Shown here: positions 34,597 to 45,414 of the stretch, in pieces
How positions within the stretch are numbered: position 1 is the stretch's first letter
Layout of the letters: each line of letters begins with the position of its first letter
Source: a virus
Strand: one strand, 5' to 3'
DNA length: 64,000 bases
Virus record (IMG/VR): IMGVR_UViG_3300031800_000001
Span: 1 to 64,000 of that record
The notes under the pieces: generated by a model
What the model was told of the DNA's origin: nothing
Seen by the model: only the letters and a program-made list of their open reading frames with translations
The model's database searches: none
Program-made: the position numbers and the translations under genes

Positions 34597-35312
34597 GCTT
34601 CAGGACCACGGGAGATGAAAGGAGAAAAACCATGAGCAAGACGAAAGAAAACAGCACGCACCTCAAAACTAGGCTGCCCCACGAAGAAAAAGACTCTGAT
34701 GCTCTCAATATTATCCAAATAGGAACAAACGATGGGGATGATCCAGTTTTCACCTTCATAGAGCAAAACGCCTTAGAGATTAATTCATGCGTGCTCGTAG
34801 ACGCAAACCCGTGGGCGTTAGAGAAGGCGAAAGAAAAATACAAGAATTTTTCATTTTGTAATTTTAAATTCGCCGCAGTTATTCCAATAGAAATTGGCGG
34901 TAAACAGATCTCATTCCATGTCCCCAACGAGGACAGGGATTCTCCATTCTCGTCAATTGACCCAGACTTCACAGCAGCACACGCGCAGGTGGGGGAATTA
35001 TTTCAATATCAGGTGGATACAATTTCTTTAGAAAAATTAATGGGAGAAGTACCAGACATAACTCATTTAATCATAGATACGGAGGGGTATGATATGTTGA
35101 ACCTGTTTAGTATCGATTTATTGCGATATCCTTCTCTCAAGCAGGTTTGTTTTGAGCACCTTCATGCGGATGGAATGCTTACCCAAGGAAATAGATTAAG
35201 AAGCCTTATCGGTTATTTTAATAGCTGCGGGTACTATGTTCTCTATGACCACGGAAGCGACTGTAATTTAATCGCCGAGAAACAAGTCCCCACTGAGGAA
35301 TCTGATGAATAA
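34593..35312 (+). CDS. FkbM-family methyltransferase
   Basis: IIQIG.NDG, VDANP, LIIDTEGYD, FEH. Confidence 0.75.
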   Translation: MSFRTTGDERRKTMSKTKENSTHLKTRLPHEEKDSDALNIIQIGTNDGDDPVFTFIEQNALEINSCVLVDANPWALEKAKEKYKNFSFCNFKFAAVIPIEIGGKQISFHVPNEDRDSPFSSIDPDFTAAHAQVGELFQYQVDTISLEKLMGEVPDITHLIIDTEGYDMLNLFSIDLLRYPSLKQVCFEHLHADGMLTQGNRLRSLIGYFNSCGYYVLYDHGSDCNLIAEKQVPTEESDE

Positions 35313-36393
35313 CGAAACTCAACTTAGCCCGAAGCAAGAGCAAGATATTCTGGACGCATGGAACAGCAGGCCGAATAATCCACCGTCACTAATGGAATTG
35401 ACTTCGATAGCGTTTCCAGACGTAAAAAATGCAGACGGTAGAAGTAAAGAGGGAAGGGGCGTAAAAGCCTTTCTAGCGAGCAGAGAACTAAAGGCAAGGG
35501 GGTCACACCAATATAAGGCGAAAGGGCTCCTAGAGCTAACTGAGGACCAAAAAGAATACCTTAAGAACAACGCCTCATTGCTTAAGCCCCTAGAACTCAC
35601 AAAGAATGTTTTTGATAATGACAATTTGACAACATTGAGTCAAGAGTTCAGAACCGTAACTGAATTTTTAAAGACTGCGGATGTAAAGGTTTATTCTGAG
35701 CCCGATAGGAATTTCTCCATAGAGCGGTATAGGCCCCCTAAAACTTTTTACGCAACACTGCTAGTAATAAACAGGTACATACATGTTAAAATAGACAAAG
35801 ACAAGGTTACCCATCAACAGTCAAAAGAAATAAACTCCCTTATTGGATATATGAATACATATAGATTTGGTCATCAAATCAACACGTATCAATCCGATCA
35901 AGACAGAGAATTATTCGAGAGCAGTTTCGTAAGGTATACTAATGATAAGGCGGACCTAACCCAAGAAGAGGTAGATCAATATATTGTTCTATGTACCGAG
36001 GTCGTGATATCATCCACCATCCAAGAAACTATTCAGATGCTTCAAATGCAAATCGACCAAGAAGTAACAAACAGTGGGAAAGTTCCCATGTCCTTAGTGG
36101 AGGCGAGCAATACGGCCCGCTCTGAGTACAACCAATGCGTCACGAGACAGCAAAAACTATTAAACGATTTAAAAGTCAAAAGAAGCGACAGACTAAGTAA
36201 GCTCGTCAAACAGAACGCCAGCATCTTAAATTTGGTACAAATGTGGAAAGAGGAAGAGAGCAGGGAAAAACTCATCCAGCTAGCGGAGAAAAGAAAAAAA
36301 ATCATAAAAAAAGAAATCAATAAGCTGACGACTATGGAAGAAGTCAAAGCTAGAATAATGGGAATTACGGAGGACGAGATACTCAATGGTTAA
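35305..36393 (+). CDS. hypothetical protein with coiled-coil C-terminus (packaging region)
   Basis: 362-aa ORF two genes upstream of terminase. Confidence 0.7.
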   Translation: MNNETQLSPKQEQDILDAWNSRPNNPPSLMELTSIAFPDVKNADGRSKEGRGVKAFLASRELKARGSHQYKAKGLLELTEDQKEYLKNNASLLKPLELTKNVFDNDNLTTLSQEFRTVTEFLKTADVKVYSEPDRNFSIERYRPPKTFYATLLVINRYIHVKIDKDKVTHQQSKEINSLIGYMNTYRFGHQINTYQSDQDRELFESSFVRYTNDKADLTQEEVDQYIVLCTEVVISSTIQETIQMLQMQIDQEVTNSGKVPMSLVEASNTARSEYNQCVTRQQKLLNDLKVKRSDRLSKLVKQNASILNLVQMWKEEESREKLIQLAEKRKKIIKKEINKLTTMEEVKARIMGITEDEILNG

Positions 36394-37318
36394 CTGCAAG
36401 GTCTGCGAAAAAGAATTCGAAAACGACAGGCAATTACATGGGCACCTAAAGGCCCATGGATTGCGCATGGTAGAGTATTACCAGAAGCACTCCCCCCGCT
36501 ATGACAAACATGACGGTAAAATAATAAAATTCAAAAACAAAGAACAATACCTCACAACCGAATTCAATACTCGGACCAACCTTAGAATGTGGCTCAAGAG
36601 CATAAGTGAAAACGAAGCAAAAGAATATTGCAAAGACGTACTTATAAAAAGAAAAGAAAAACGAGACCTTATATATACCCCGTCTCAAGTAGAGCTTAGA
36701 ACCGTAATAAGCCCACCCATGCAGTACTATAATGAATTATTCGGGGATTACTATAGGCTGTGCTCTAGCCTAGGGTTCAAGAATAAGTATGGCCGCTTTA
36801 GCGACATAGTAAGTGGTTACGAGTACAATAAGCCAGAATATAAAATATTCGTAGATACCCGTGAACGTATACCACTTAAATTTGAAAGAGGCATTGAGGT
36901 GAGAAAATTGGATTTCGGAGACTATGCGTTCAGCAGCAAAACGGCGACATGCAATTGTTATATAGAAAGAAAAATGTTATCTGACTTTATAGGTACCATG
37001 AGCGGGGGATATGAGAGATTCATAAACGAAATAAAAAGAGCACAAGATGCAGATGCGTATCTTGTGGTTCTGGTGGAAGACAGCTTAACTCATGCTATGA
37101 GTTTTCCATACTTACCACATATATCAAAAAAAATAAAAGCAACCCCCGAGTTTATATTTCATAGAGTAAGGAGTATAATACAGAAATATCCGCATACCCA
37201 ATTTTTATTTGTAAATGGAAGGGCAGAGGCTTCTAGAGTTATAGAAAGAATTTTTACATGTGGATGTGTTTATAAGAAAGTTGATTTGCAATACGCTTAC
37301 GACCTAAAGAAACTATAA
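36386..37318 (+). CDS. C2H2 zinc finger plus ERCC4-type nuclease
   Basis: CKVC...H..H; VDTRE, LDFGDY, IERK..SDF. Confidence 0.8.
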   Translation: MVNCKVCEKEFENDRQLHGHLKAHGLRMVEYYQKHSPRYDKHDGKIIKFKNKEQYLTTEFNTRTNLRMWLKSISENEAKEYCKDVLIKRKEKRDLIYTPSQVELRTVISPPMQYYNELFGDYYRLCSSLGFKNKYGRFSDIVSGYEYNKPEYKIFVDTRERIPLKFERGIEVRKLDFGDYAFSSKTATCNCYIERKMLSDFIGTMSGGYERFINEIKRAQDADAYLVVLVEDSLTHAMSFPYLPHISKKIKATPEFIFHRVRSIIQKYPHTQFLFVNGRAEASRVIERIFTCGCVYKKVDLQYAYDLKKL

Positions 37319-39153
37319 TGTGGTACACGCCAGAAAAATATAATCAAGCACCGCTGAAGAACGTTAACGCCGAATTCCTTAAGCTAAAAGGTGGACTAGA
37401 CGACAGGGAAGCAAAAATTACCCTAGCTAAATTCCTGAGGAGTAACCTAGGCCTTACAACGGAACTTATTTCGGGTATAAAGCTAGCGCCCTATCAGGAG
37501 GTGACCTTAAAGGCTTTGATGAATAGGAACTTTTCTATGTGCGTATGGGGTCGCGGTTGTGGTAAGACTTTTATTGCGAGTGTATTTTGTTTCTTACAGT
37601 GCATCTTCGAACCAAGGACAAAAATTTTAATAGCTGGGCCGACCTTTAGAACCGCTAGGTTTATATTTAATAATCTGGAAAACATAGTAGAATCAGAAGG
37701 TGCCGAACTCCTAGCGCAAGCCTTTGGCGCGAAGATCAAAAGAAACGACCAGTATGAATGGAAGATAAACGAAGGGACTATAACGGCTATACCACTCAAC
37801 GGAGAAAAGATTCGTGGTTTCAGGGCAAACGTTCTTGTCCTTGATGAGTATATGCTTATTCCGGAAGATATCATAACTAATGTTCTCATGCCGTTCTTGG
37901 TCGCGCCACAAAATATAAAAGAGCGCTTGGAGATTAGAGAAATGGAAGATAATCTAATCAAGAAAGGAGTCATGAAGGAAGAGGACAGAATGGTTTTCGA
38001 AAATACGTCTAAAATGATTGCCCTTTCGTCAGCTAGCTATACATTTGAAAACCTATATAAAACATACAAAGAATGGATGGAGAAAATAACCACGGAGGAA
38101 AACGTTGGTGAGGCAAAATATTTTATTTCCCAAATGGGATACGAATCCCTCCCGAAAGAAATGATTGATCCAATCATTATCGAAGAAGCGCAGGGCGGCG
38201 GGCAAAGCCATGCCAGCTTCCAGCGGGAATATTGCGCTCAATTTACTGATGGTTCTGACTCTTATTATAGTGCAAAAAAAATGCATGAATGCACAATTCC
38301 AGATGGAGAGGAACCCACCACGCAACTATTTGGAACCAAGGGGTCAAAATATGTATTAGGCATCGACCCAAGTTTTAGTAATAGTCCATCGTCTGACTTT
38401 TTTGCAATGTCTGTGCTGGAACTAGACAGCAAAACCCAACAGGGGACACTGGTGCACAGTTATGCTGTGGCTGGTGGAAATCTGACAGACCATATAAAAT
38501 ACCTTCATTATATTTTAACTCATTTTGATATAGAGATGATTATTATTGATAATGCAGGAGCAGAATTTATAGATAGCGCTAATACATCCGCCATGTTTAA
38601 GGAAAGCAGAATTAAGGTAAATTTTTTCGAATTTAACAGCGCCAAAGACGGAGAAGACTACAGGAAAGAAACTATGAAAGCAAGTAGGTCGTACAATAAG
38701 ACCGCCAATTATATCTGTTTCAAACAGGTGTTTACTTCTGACTTTATAAGAAAAGCAAACGAACATCTTCAAACATGCATAGACCATAAGAAGGTGTGGT
38801 TTGCGTCAAAAGCAGCCGCGTGTGACTCAGCGTTCAATAGGAACACCTCTAAAGTACTCCCCTTGAAACATGTTAATGAAGTAAGCGCGTTAGAGTTTGT
38901 AGAAACCCAAGACGCTCTAGTATATCAAACAAAAAAGCAATGCGCCCTTGTAGAGGTAAAAAGCACCGCGAAGGGAACACAAACATTCGACTTGCCTCTT
39001 CACCTTAAGAAAAGCACATCCGCACACAAAGCTAGAAAAGATAATTATACTACTTTAATGCTTGGGTGTTGGGGTATTAAGTGCTATTATGATATACAAC
39101 ACGCTAGAAGAAGTGGGGTCGAGGATACCTTTACGCCATTCATGATAGAATAA
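37318..39153 (+). CDS. terL: terminase large subunit
   Basis: PYQ, Walker A GRGCGKT, IRGFRA..LVLDE, F.REY.A.F, nuclease YVLGIDP, KD.Y. Confidence 0.9.
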   Translation: MWYTPEKYNQAPLKNVNAEFLKLKGGLDDREAKITLAKFLRSNLGLTTELISGIKLAPYQEVTLKALMNRNFSMCVWGRGCGKTFIASVFCFLQCIFEPRTKILIAGPTFRTARFIFNNLENIVESEGAELLAQAFGAKIKRNDQYEWKINEGTITAIPLNGEKIRGFRANVLVLDEYMLIPEDIITNVLMPFLVAPQNIKERLEIREMEDNLIKKGVMKEEDRMVFENTSKMIALSSASYTFENLYKTYKEWMEKITTEENVGEAKYFISQMGYESLPKEMIDPIIIEEAQGGGQSHASFQREYCAQFTDGSDSYYSAKKMHECTIPDGEEPTTQLFGTKGSKYVLGIDPSFSNSPSSDFFAMSVLELDSKTQQGTLVHSYAVAGGNLTDHIKYLHYILTHFDIEMIIIDNAGAEFIDSANTSAMFKESRIKVNFFEFNSAKDGEDYRKETMKASRSYNKTANYICFKQVFTSDFIRKANEHLQTCIDHKKVWFASKAAACDSAFNRNTSKVLPLKHVNEVSALEFVETQDALVYQTKKQCALVEVKSTAKGTQTFDLPLHLKKSTSAHKARKDNYTTLMLGCWGIKCYYDIQHARRSGVEDTFTPFMIE

Positions 39154-39194
39154 TCCAAAAAAAACCGAGAAAAACCGTGTAAATTCTTTTTGAT

Positions 39195-41246
39195 ATGCCA
39201 AGACCAAAGAAAACTGTAGAAGTGCAACCATTAATGGCCGGAATGGAAGAGTCTCTGGCTTACGTAAACGCCGAGAAAAGAACCAGATCCCGTCGTAATA
39301 TTGCCGGGACCATAGAAAGGACCAACAGGTTCACCAACATAGAGAATGGGCTGGTTCCGTTCAATTATTCCAAGGGGACAGCAAAATACACCAATATGGA
39401 TGTGAGGGAGGCATGTGTCCTCTGTCAAAAAGCATACTGGAATTTTGCGGTGTTTCGCAATACCATCGACTTGATGACCGAATTCTCCATTGAGACTATC
39501 TATTTTACGGGAGGGTCAAAAAAGTCCAAACAATTCTTTGAAACGCTTTTGGAAAAGATTAATATATGGGCATTACAGGATAAATTTTTTAGAGAATATT
39601 TCAGATCTGGTAACGTATTTATACATAGGTTTGACGGGAAGATACCAATAAACGAAGTAAACAAGCTCACGAGAGTTTTCAAAACTAAAATCCTCTCAAG
39701 CAAAGCTCAAAATCTTATGTTACCAATAAGGTACGTCATACTTAATCCAGTAAGTATTGAATCAGGCGGAAACGTTTCATTCGTAAGGAATACTTATTAT
39801 AAGCTTCTTTCTGATTACGAAATAGAAAGATTAAGGTCGCCCAGATCAGAGGAAGATAAGGAACTTTACCAGTCGCTTCCACCAGACATAAAAAAACAAA
39901 TTGACAAACCCGGGAATCACGCAATAAGGCTCCCCTTGGACAAAGACAAAACTCTAGCTGTTTTTTATAAGAAACAAGATTATGAGCCCTTGGCGATCCC
40001 AATGGGTTGGCCTGTTCTCGAAGCAATAAACTGTAAAGCTGAAATGAGAAAAATGGACATGGCAATTACCAGAACCATGCAGCAAGCTATACTTTTAATT
40101 ACAATGGGGACTGAGCCAGACAAAGGCGGAGTTAACCAAAAAAATCTTGAGCGCATGCAGACCCTTTTTGTCAACGAGTCGATAGGAAGAGTTTTAGTTT
40201 CAGACTATACCACAAAAGCCGAATTTGTCATCCCGCAAATTGGCACTTTGCTTTCTCCGGAAAAATACGAAGTGGTCGAAAGAGATATAAATATCGGACT
40301 AAATAATATTTTAATAGGAGGAGAAAAGTATGCCAACCAGCAAACCAAGACAGAAGTTTTTATGGCGAGGCTAAAACAGGCTAGACAATCTTTCATGAAA
40401 GAGTTCTTGATGCCCGAAATTAAAAGAATATCAAGACTCATGGGCTTCAGAAAGTTTCCACAAGCTCATTTCGAAGATACGCCACTCAAACAGGATTACA
40501 ACATGCAAAGAATATACAGCAGACTAATTGAGCTTGGCGTGCTTACCCCAGAGGAGGGCATGTTGGCTATTTCGGATAATAGACTACCCGATCCCGATTC
40601 GTCTGTGGAGTCCCAAATGGAATACAAAAAACTCAGAGACAAGGGCTTATACGAGCCGTTGCTAGGAGGACCAGAAACTCAAAAAGAAATGGCAGACAAA
40701 ACCCAAAAGGGAGCGATGGAGCTTGCTGATAAAAACATTAAGTCTCAAGAGAAAATGGGTAAAGAGAAAGCGAAAGAGGCCGCGAAGGCCCCAAAACTTG
40801 TGGTGCCACCTCCCACTGGAGGAGGACCAGTGGGTAGACCTGCTGGGATTAGCACCCCGCAACCAAGTGATAGAAAACCCGGGAAAATTGGAGAGAAACA
40901 ATCAAAAGCACTCTTTAGTATAGACAAAATAAAAAACAACATGCTTCTCGCAAATAAGCTGGAAGAAAAAATAGAAACAGAACTGAAAAAGAAATTCAAG
41001 CTTGAGAAGTTGGATGACCTGCAAAAAGAAATAGTTGAAAACATAGCGCAGCTGGTGATTGCGAATGAAGATTCTAAGAATTGGAACAAGGTAACTTATA
41101 TAAGAAAATATATAAAAGACCCCAAGGACACGAATAAAGAAGCAGTAAGCGCTATTAACGAAATAGCATTCGAACATCAAGTTGACTCATATCTGGCAGG
41201 AATATTACATGCAAGCAGATCGGAAGTTGACCCATGCCAAGAGTAA
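39195..41246 (+). CDS. portal protein (putative)
   Basis: Directly follows terminase; FFREYFRSGNVF helix; size and position. Confidence 0.75.
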   Translation: MPRPKKTVEVQPLMAGMEESLAYVNAEKRTRSRRNIAGTIERTNRFTNIENGLVPFNYSKGTAKYTNMDVREACVLCQKAYWNFAVFRNTIDLMTEFSIETIYFTGGSKKSKQFFETLLEKINIWALQDKFFREYFRSGNVFIHRFDGKIPINEVNKLTRVFKTKILSSKAQNLMLPIRYVILNPVSIESGGNVSFVRNTYYKLLSDYEIERLRSPRSEEDKELYQSLPPDIKKQIDKPGNHAIRLPLDKDKTLAVFYKKQDYEPLAIPMGWPVLEAINCKAEMRKMDMAITRTMQQAILLITMGTEPDKGGVNQKNLERMQTLFVNESIGRVLVSDYTTKAEFVIPQIGTLLSPEKYEVVERDINIGLNNILIGGEKYANQQTKTEVFMARLKQARQSFMKEFLMPEIKRISRLMGFRKFPQAHFEDTPLKQDYNMQRIYSRLIELGVLTPEEGMLAISDNRLPDPDSSVESQMEYKKLRDKGLYEPLLGGPETQKEMADKTQKGAMELADKNIKSQEKMGKEKAKEAAKAPKLVVPPPTGGGPVGRPAGISTPQPSDRKPGKIGEKQSKALFSIDKIKNNMLLANKLEEKIETELKKKFKLEKLDDLQKEIVENIAQLVIANEDSKNWNKVTYIRKYIKDPKDTNKEAVSAINEIAFEHQVDSYLAGILHASRSEVDPCQE

Positions 41247-42544
41247 GGATAACTTCACAATCTCAGGCTCTGTATGTGGGTCCTGCGCCATCAACCGGTT
41301 ATCATTTTATAGATTCCGCCGGTAATCCTACCTCTGATCTAGATGCTACTAATTTGCTCAAGCAACTCAATGGTCTTCAATCTTTAGACTATGAAATAGT
41401 CAACAATAGAATTCCGATAAGTGAACTCGGGAGAAGGGAAACCGTAAAAAGAGCTATCATCACGCCTCCTGATGTTAATGTAAGTTTTTCGTATATTGCT
41501 TCTGATTTAAAAAACGAAATCAGAATGGGGTTTGATGTCAATTTTCATACTGGGTATTCTTGGACAGACCCCTTTCACGAAAACAATACTGGGATATTTT
41601 GCTTATCAGGAATGCTCAGCAGGGAAAGTTACCCAGTGTATAGCGGATTTAATACGGTGGACGATGGGGTGTTCACATCTGCTTGGCCATATTCGGATAG
41701 GGATAAAAGAAATTTGTTTTTAGGCATAGCTCCCGAAGGGTCAGACATGAAAGATATCCCAAACGAGGAATACGAGAAAATACATTGCGTGTCTTTCGGC
41801 GATTGCCACTTGGCTAAATATAATGTAGAATTTAGCCTCAATAGTCCTATAGTTGTCCAAACATCATATCAATGCGCAAACATACAATATCATTCGAGTG
41901 GATCAGGATTTATCCCCGCAATGAATACCGTAGATTTTACCCCCGTAAATGATAACATTTTTATAATTCCAAAGCTTAAGGGTGAAGTCAGCGGTAATGT
42001 ATCAGGAGTAGCTGAGCCACTAAGAATAGGAGACATGAACCTCAGAATAACCGCGCCCCAATATGGAACAGAAAAAGAAGACATACTGGACGCCGGTATA
42101 AATTATAGAGATCTTAGCGTGCAAAACGCAACCATCTCAATTGAAATAAATAGACACGCATGGAAAGGGTTGGGCCATAAATTACCTATAGATCGACCCA
42201 TAAAATACCCAATTACCGTAAAGACTAGCATAAAGGGGTTAGTGGGGGAAACCCGAACAGGCGATTTGTATAATTTCATATCTAAAGATTACAAATATGA
42301 TTTAATATTTGAATGCAGGGCCCCTACGATATGGTGTCCGGGTTTCGAGCAAGACGTAAGGGTTAGATATGATGTTCTTGGGTCAAATTTGGATAATTTT
42401 TCTTTCACAAACCAAGTAAATCAGGGGAGAGAGGTAGAGCTGAATTATATAACTGATGTAGCAGAAGGAGCCGGAGGGCAGGGTATTTTCATGAGCGGAA
42501 TGGTGTTCGAAACTGGATTTGCATTCTCTGGTTTTAACTTTTAG
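41234..42544 (+). CDS. putative tail-tube-like structural protein
   Basis: Beta-strand-rich pattern (LQSLDY...ELG...P.VNVSFSY; PITVKTSI); context. Confidence 0.5.
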   Translation: MPRVRITSQSQALYVGPAPSTGYHFIDSAGNPTSDLDATNLLKQLNGLQSLDYEIVNNRIPISELGRRETVKRAIITPPDVNVSFSYIASDLKNEIRMGFDVNFHTGYSWTDPFHENNTGIFCLSGMLSRESYPVYSGFNTVDDGVFTSAWPYSDRDKRNLFLGIAPEGSDMKDIPNEEYEKIHCVSFGDCHLAKYNVEFSLNSPIVVQTSYQCANIQYHSSGSGFIPAMNTVDFTPVNDNIFIIPKLKGEVSGNVSGVAEPLRIGDMNLRITAPQYGTEKEDILDAGINYRDLSVQNATISIEINRHAWKGLGHKLPIDRPIKYPITVKTSIKGLVGETRTGDLYNFISKDYKYDLIFECRAPTIWCPGFEQDVRVRYDVLGSNLDNFSFTNQVNQGREVELNYITDVAEGAGGQGIFMSGMVFETGFAFSGFNF

Positions 42545-42569
42545 GGTGTAATAGAGAGGGAAGATAAAT

Positions 42570-42731
42570 ATGCTAGAACTGTTAATTTTAAGTCTTTTGG
42601 TGAATGCTGGTCTCGGGCTTTGGGTCTTCAGGCTGAAAAGCCTTGTGGATAGAGTGCACCCGCGCTTTCTTCAGGCTGCCGAGAGACGAGCCACAAAGGG
42701 TGTGGCGTTTAGGAAAAAGGCTAAAAAATAA
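42570..42731 (+). CDS. small membrane-anchored basic protein
   Basis: MLELLILSLLVNAGLGLWVF, then basic tail; GTGTAA upstream. Confidence 0.45.
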   Translation: MLELLILSLLVNAGLGLWVFRLKSLVDRVHPRFLQAAERRATKGVAFRKKAKK

Positions 42732-42740
42732 AGGTTAATC

Positions 42741-43925
42741 ATGGAAGAACAAGACAACGATTCTATAAAAATAGACTTACCCCTAGAGGGTCAAGCCGGC
42801 CAAGGAGTAGTCGGTTACAATAACCCATCTGGACCAGATTTATCCCTGCCAGACATCCCCATGCCTGTTTCACAACCGAAGCAGACAAAGGAGGTAAAAG
42901 ACGAAATTGATGTGGCATTCAAGTTCGCATTTATCGGCGCTGGACAAGGGGGGTCAAGAATAGCTGAGACCTTCCATGGCTTGGGCTACAGAAAAATCGC
43001 AGTTTTAAATACCGCAGAGCAAGACTTAAATACCATCAACCTTGACAATAAGCTTTGCATTGGCTCGGGTGGCGCAGGAAAAGACCCTGAAATCGCTAGA
43101 AAGGTATTCGCAGAAAGAAAAGAAGATGTTATAGATTTCATGAGGTATTCTTTTGGTGAGCAGCTTGACAGAATCATGATTTGTGCTGGTGCTGGTGGAG
43201 GAACCGGGGCTGGCACTGTGGTGCCACTGGTTCGTGCCGCTAAAGAACTACAAGAGACACTCGGATGCTCCACTTCTAAAGTAGGAGTAATCCTAGCTTT
43301 ACCGAAAGCCTCAGAAGGCAAGAAGGTCAACGCTAATGCTCACGATTGTCTAAAAAGCGTTTATGAGTTAGTTAAGGAGGGCGTGGTCTCTCCTTTGGTG
43401 GTCATCGATAACGAAAGGATAGGAAAAATATACCCGAACCTTGTGGTGTCAAATTTTTGGCAAACCGCTAACATGAGCATGGCTGGACTTTTCCACCTGT
43501 TCAACTTGACCGCAGCTAGGGATAGCTCCTATACCGCGTTTGACGCAAATGATTATAAAAATGTCCTAGATTCAGGGCTTATGGTTTTCGGCGCAGCCCC
43601 GGTTGAAGAGTGGGAAAACCCCGTCAGTATTTCTAGGGCCGTGAGGGACAATTTCAACAGTGGTTTATTGGCAGGCGGAATAGATCTTTCTAGCGGTAGT
43701 TGCGCTGGAGCAATTGTCGTAGGGGGCCAAAGACAACTTGATAACATACCCCAAGCTGACCTAGACCAAGCCTTCGACCAGCTATGCAGAATGCTTGCTC
43801 CCGGAAATGTCGTGCACAGGGGAATCTACTCCGGAGATAAAGATAGTCTCACTGTATTTACGACAATCGGAGGTTTGTCAAGGCCCGACGAAAAGCTTAA
43901 GGAACTTAAGAAGCTTGGAGTATAA
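42741..43925 (+). CDS. tubulin/FtsZ-family GTPase (PhuZ/TubZ-like)
   Basis: GAGQGGSRI, NTA..D, GAGKDP, signature GAGGGTGAG, IDN, D..D. Confidence 0.9.
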   Translation: MEEQDNDSIKIDLPLEGQAGQGVVGYNNPSGPDLSLPDIPMPVSQPKQTKEVKDEIDVAFKFAFIGAGQGGSRIAETFHGLGYRKIAVLNTAEQDLNTINLDNKLCIGSGGAGKDPEIARKVFAERKEDVIDFMRYSFGEQLDRIMICAGAGGGTGAGTVVPLVRAAKELQETLGCSTSKVGVILALPKASEGKKVNANAHDCLKSVYELVKEGVVSPLVVIDNERIGKIYPNLVVSNFWQTANMSMAGLFHLFNLTAARDSSYTAFDANDYKNVLDSGLMVFGAAPVEEWENPVSISRAVRDNFNSGLLAGGIDLSSGSCAGAIVVGGQRQLDNIPQADLDQAFDQLCRMLAPGNVVHRGIYSGDKDSLTVFTTIGGLSRPDEKLKELKKLGV

Positions 43926-43980
43926 ATTTGGTATTTTTCATAATTACCATTTATAATTAAACAGATAAGGGAATAATATT

Positions 43981-44190
43981 ATGGCAGTAAAAAAGAACGA
44001 AGTGAAGCCGGGTTGGAAAACTACGGAATTTTGGTTAACCGTTGTGGTCGCGTTAGGATCTTTGCTCTGGGGAGCAGATTTGCTCGATCCTGAGGCAGCT
44101 GGAACAGCAAACAATGTCTTCGGACTCTTGGTTTCCGGGCTGGCAGCAGTCGGATACACGGTGTCTAGAGGTTTAGCCAAAAAGGGATAA
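43981..44190 (+). CDS. putative holin
   Basis: Two TM segments, KPGWKTTEFW start, basic C-terminus. Confidence 0.6.
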   Translation: MAVKKNEVKPGWKTTEFWLTVVVALGSLLWGADLLDPEAAGTANNVFGLLVSGLAAVGYTVSRGLAKKG

Positions 44191-44196
44191 TCCATA

Positions 44197-44391
44197 ATGG
44201 CTTGGCTGACGGCATTAATTAAAGCCGTTTTAGAATGGCTGACGGCAGAAGTAAAGAAAGATACTAAAGCTTCAGACGCGGATGATATACCCCAACCACT
44301 CAAAGATAAGTGGCGACAACGAATCCAAGATCAGCTTGATAAACAAAAGAAAAAAGATGAAGAGTCTACTGAAAAATCTAACGATTCTTAG
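44197..44391 (+). CDS. hypothetical protein (possible i-spanin-like)
   Basis: Overlaps downstream lipoprotein; next to holin-like gene. Confidence 0.4.
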   Translation: MAWLTALIKAVLEWLTAEVKKDTKASDADDIPQPLKDKWRQRIQDQLDKQKKKDEESTEKSNDS

Positions 44392-44581
44392 TTTTGCGCT
44401 TATCCTTATAGGATGCGGAAGCACCCGCGTCGTGTTTGTTGATACCAGCGCAGATATGATAAGAATTGGCCCTAATGTAACTGGAAAATGTTACATACTT
44501 AAAAACGGAGAATGGGTGCTTAGTAAGAATAAAGTTAAATTGCCAGAGGGTTGGTACGCAGGAGGTATACCCAAGGATTAA
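44357..44581 (+). CDS. lipoprotein (possible o-spanin-like)
   Basis: Signal peptide with LIGC lipobox. Confidence 0.55.
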   Translation: MKSLLKNLTILSFALILIGCGSTRVVFVDTSADMIRIGPNVTGKCYILKNGEWVLSKNKVKLPEGWYAGGIPKD

Positions 44582-44607
44582 CCTACATAAAAGCTTTTAC
44601 GAGTAAC

Positions 44608-44648
44608 GGGGCTATGCGGGTGTAAACACTTGCGTAGCCTTTTTTTTA
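44608..44648 (+). terminator. intrinsic terminator
   Basis: GGGCTATGCGGGTGT-AA-ACACTTGCGTAGCC followed by T-run. Confidence 0.75.
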
Positions 44649-44670
44649 AGGTCACTTAAGGATAATAATT

Positions 44671-45414
44671 ATGAGTGAAGAAAAAAGAACAAAAGAAGAA
44701 GTTAAGGCTGATCTTAAAGTCAAAGAGGCAGAAGTATTAAATCATCAGGCTGCAGTAAGAAAGCAGGATGCCGAAACAAGAAAGCTCCTTGCCGAAGCAG
44801 GCAAAGAAGAGATCGAGTATCAGAAAGCTTATATTGTAAGGCAAAAAGAACTGACATCCGACGAGGAGAATCATCTTTATAGATTTAATAAAGACGTTAA
44901 CTCCAACTCTGTGCAGATGTGCATGAGCAAGCTTACGCAATGGCACCGCCTAGATCCAAAATGCGATATGGAGGTTATCTTTTCGTCACCCGGAGGAAGT
45001 ATTATTGATGGTTTTGAATTATTTGATTTTCTTCAAGAAATGAGGGCCCAAGGACATAAAGTTATAACTGGCTCTTTGGGAATGGCTGCGTCTATGGCTG
45101 GGATTCTTTTGCAAGCAGGAACTCATAGATGGATAGGCCACCAAGCATGGATGATGATCCATAGAGCCGCATTTGGGGCAATTGGCAAAACATACGAAAT
45201 AGAAGACGAGGTCAAGCTGGTGAAAAGAATTGAAGAGAGATGCATTGATATCTTTGTCTCTCGTTCCAAACTAAGTAAATTGAAAATCAAAAGAAATTGG
45301 GATAGAAAAGATTGGTGGATAGACGCAGACGAATGCTTGGAGTGGGGATTGGTCGATGAAATTAAAGCAATGATGCCGGAGCACATGAGCGCTTCTAAGA
45401 AAAAGAAAAAGTGA
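44671..45414 (+). CDS. clpP: ClpP-family protease with N-terminal coiled coil
   Basis: SSPGGS...G, GMAASMA..LLQAG, MIH, RD.W..A.E...WGLVD. Confidence 0.9.
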   Translation: MSEEKRTKEEVKADLKVKEAEVLNHQAAVRKQDAETRKLLAEAGKEEIEYQKAYIVRQKELTSDEENHLYRFNKDVNSNSVQMCMSKLTQWHRLDPKCDMEVIFSSPGGSIIDGFELFDFLQEMRAQGHKVITGSLGMAASMAGILLQAGTHRWIGHQAWMMIHRAAFGAIGKTYEIEDEVKLVKRIEERCIDIFVSRSKLSKLKIKRNWDRKDWWIDADECLEWGLVDEIKAMMPEHMSASKKKKK

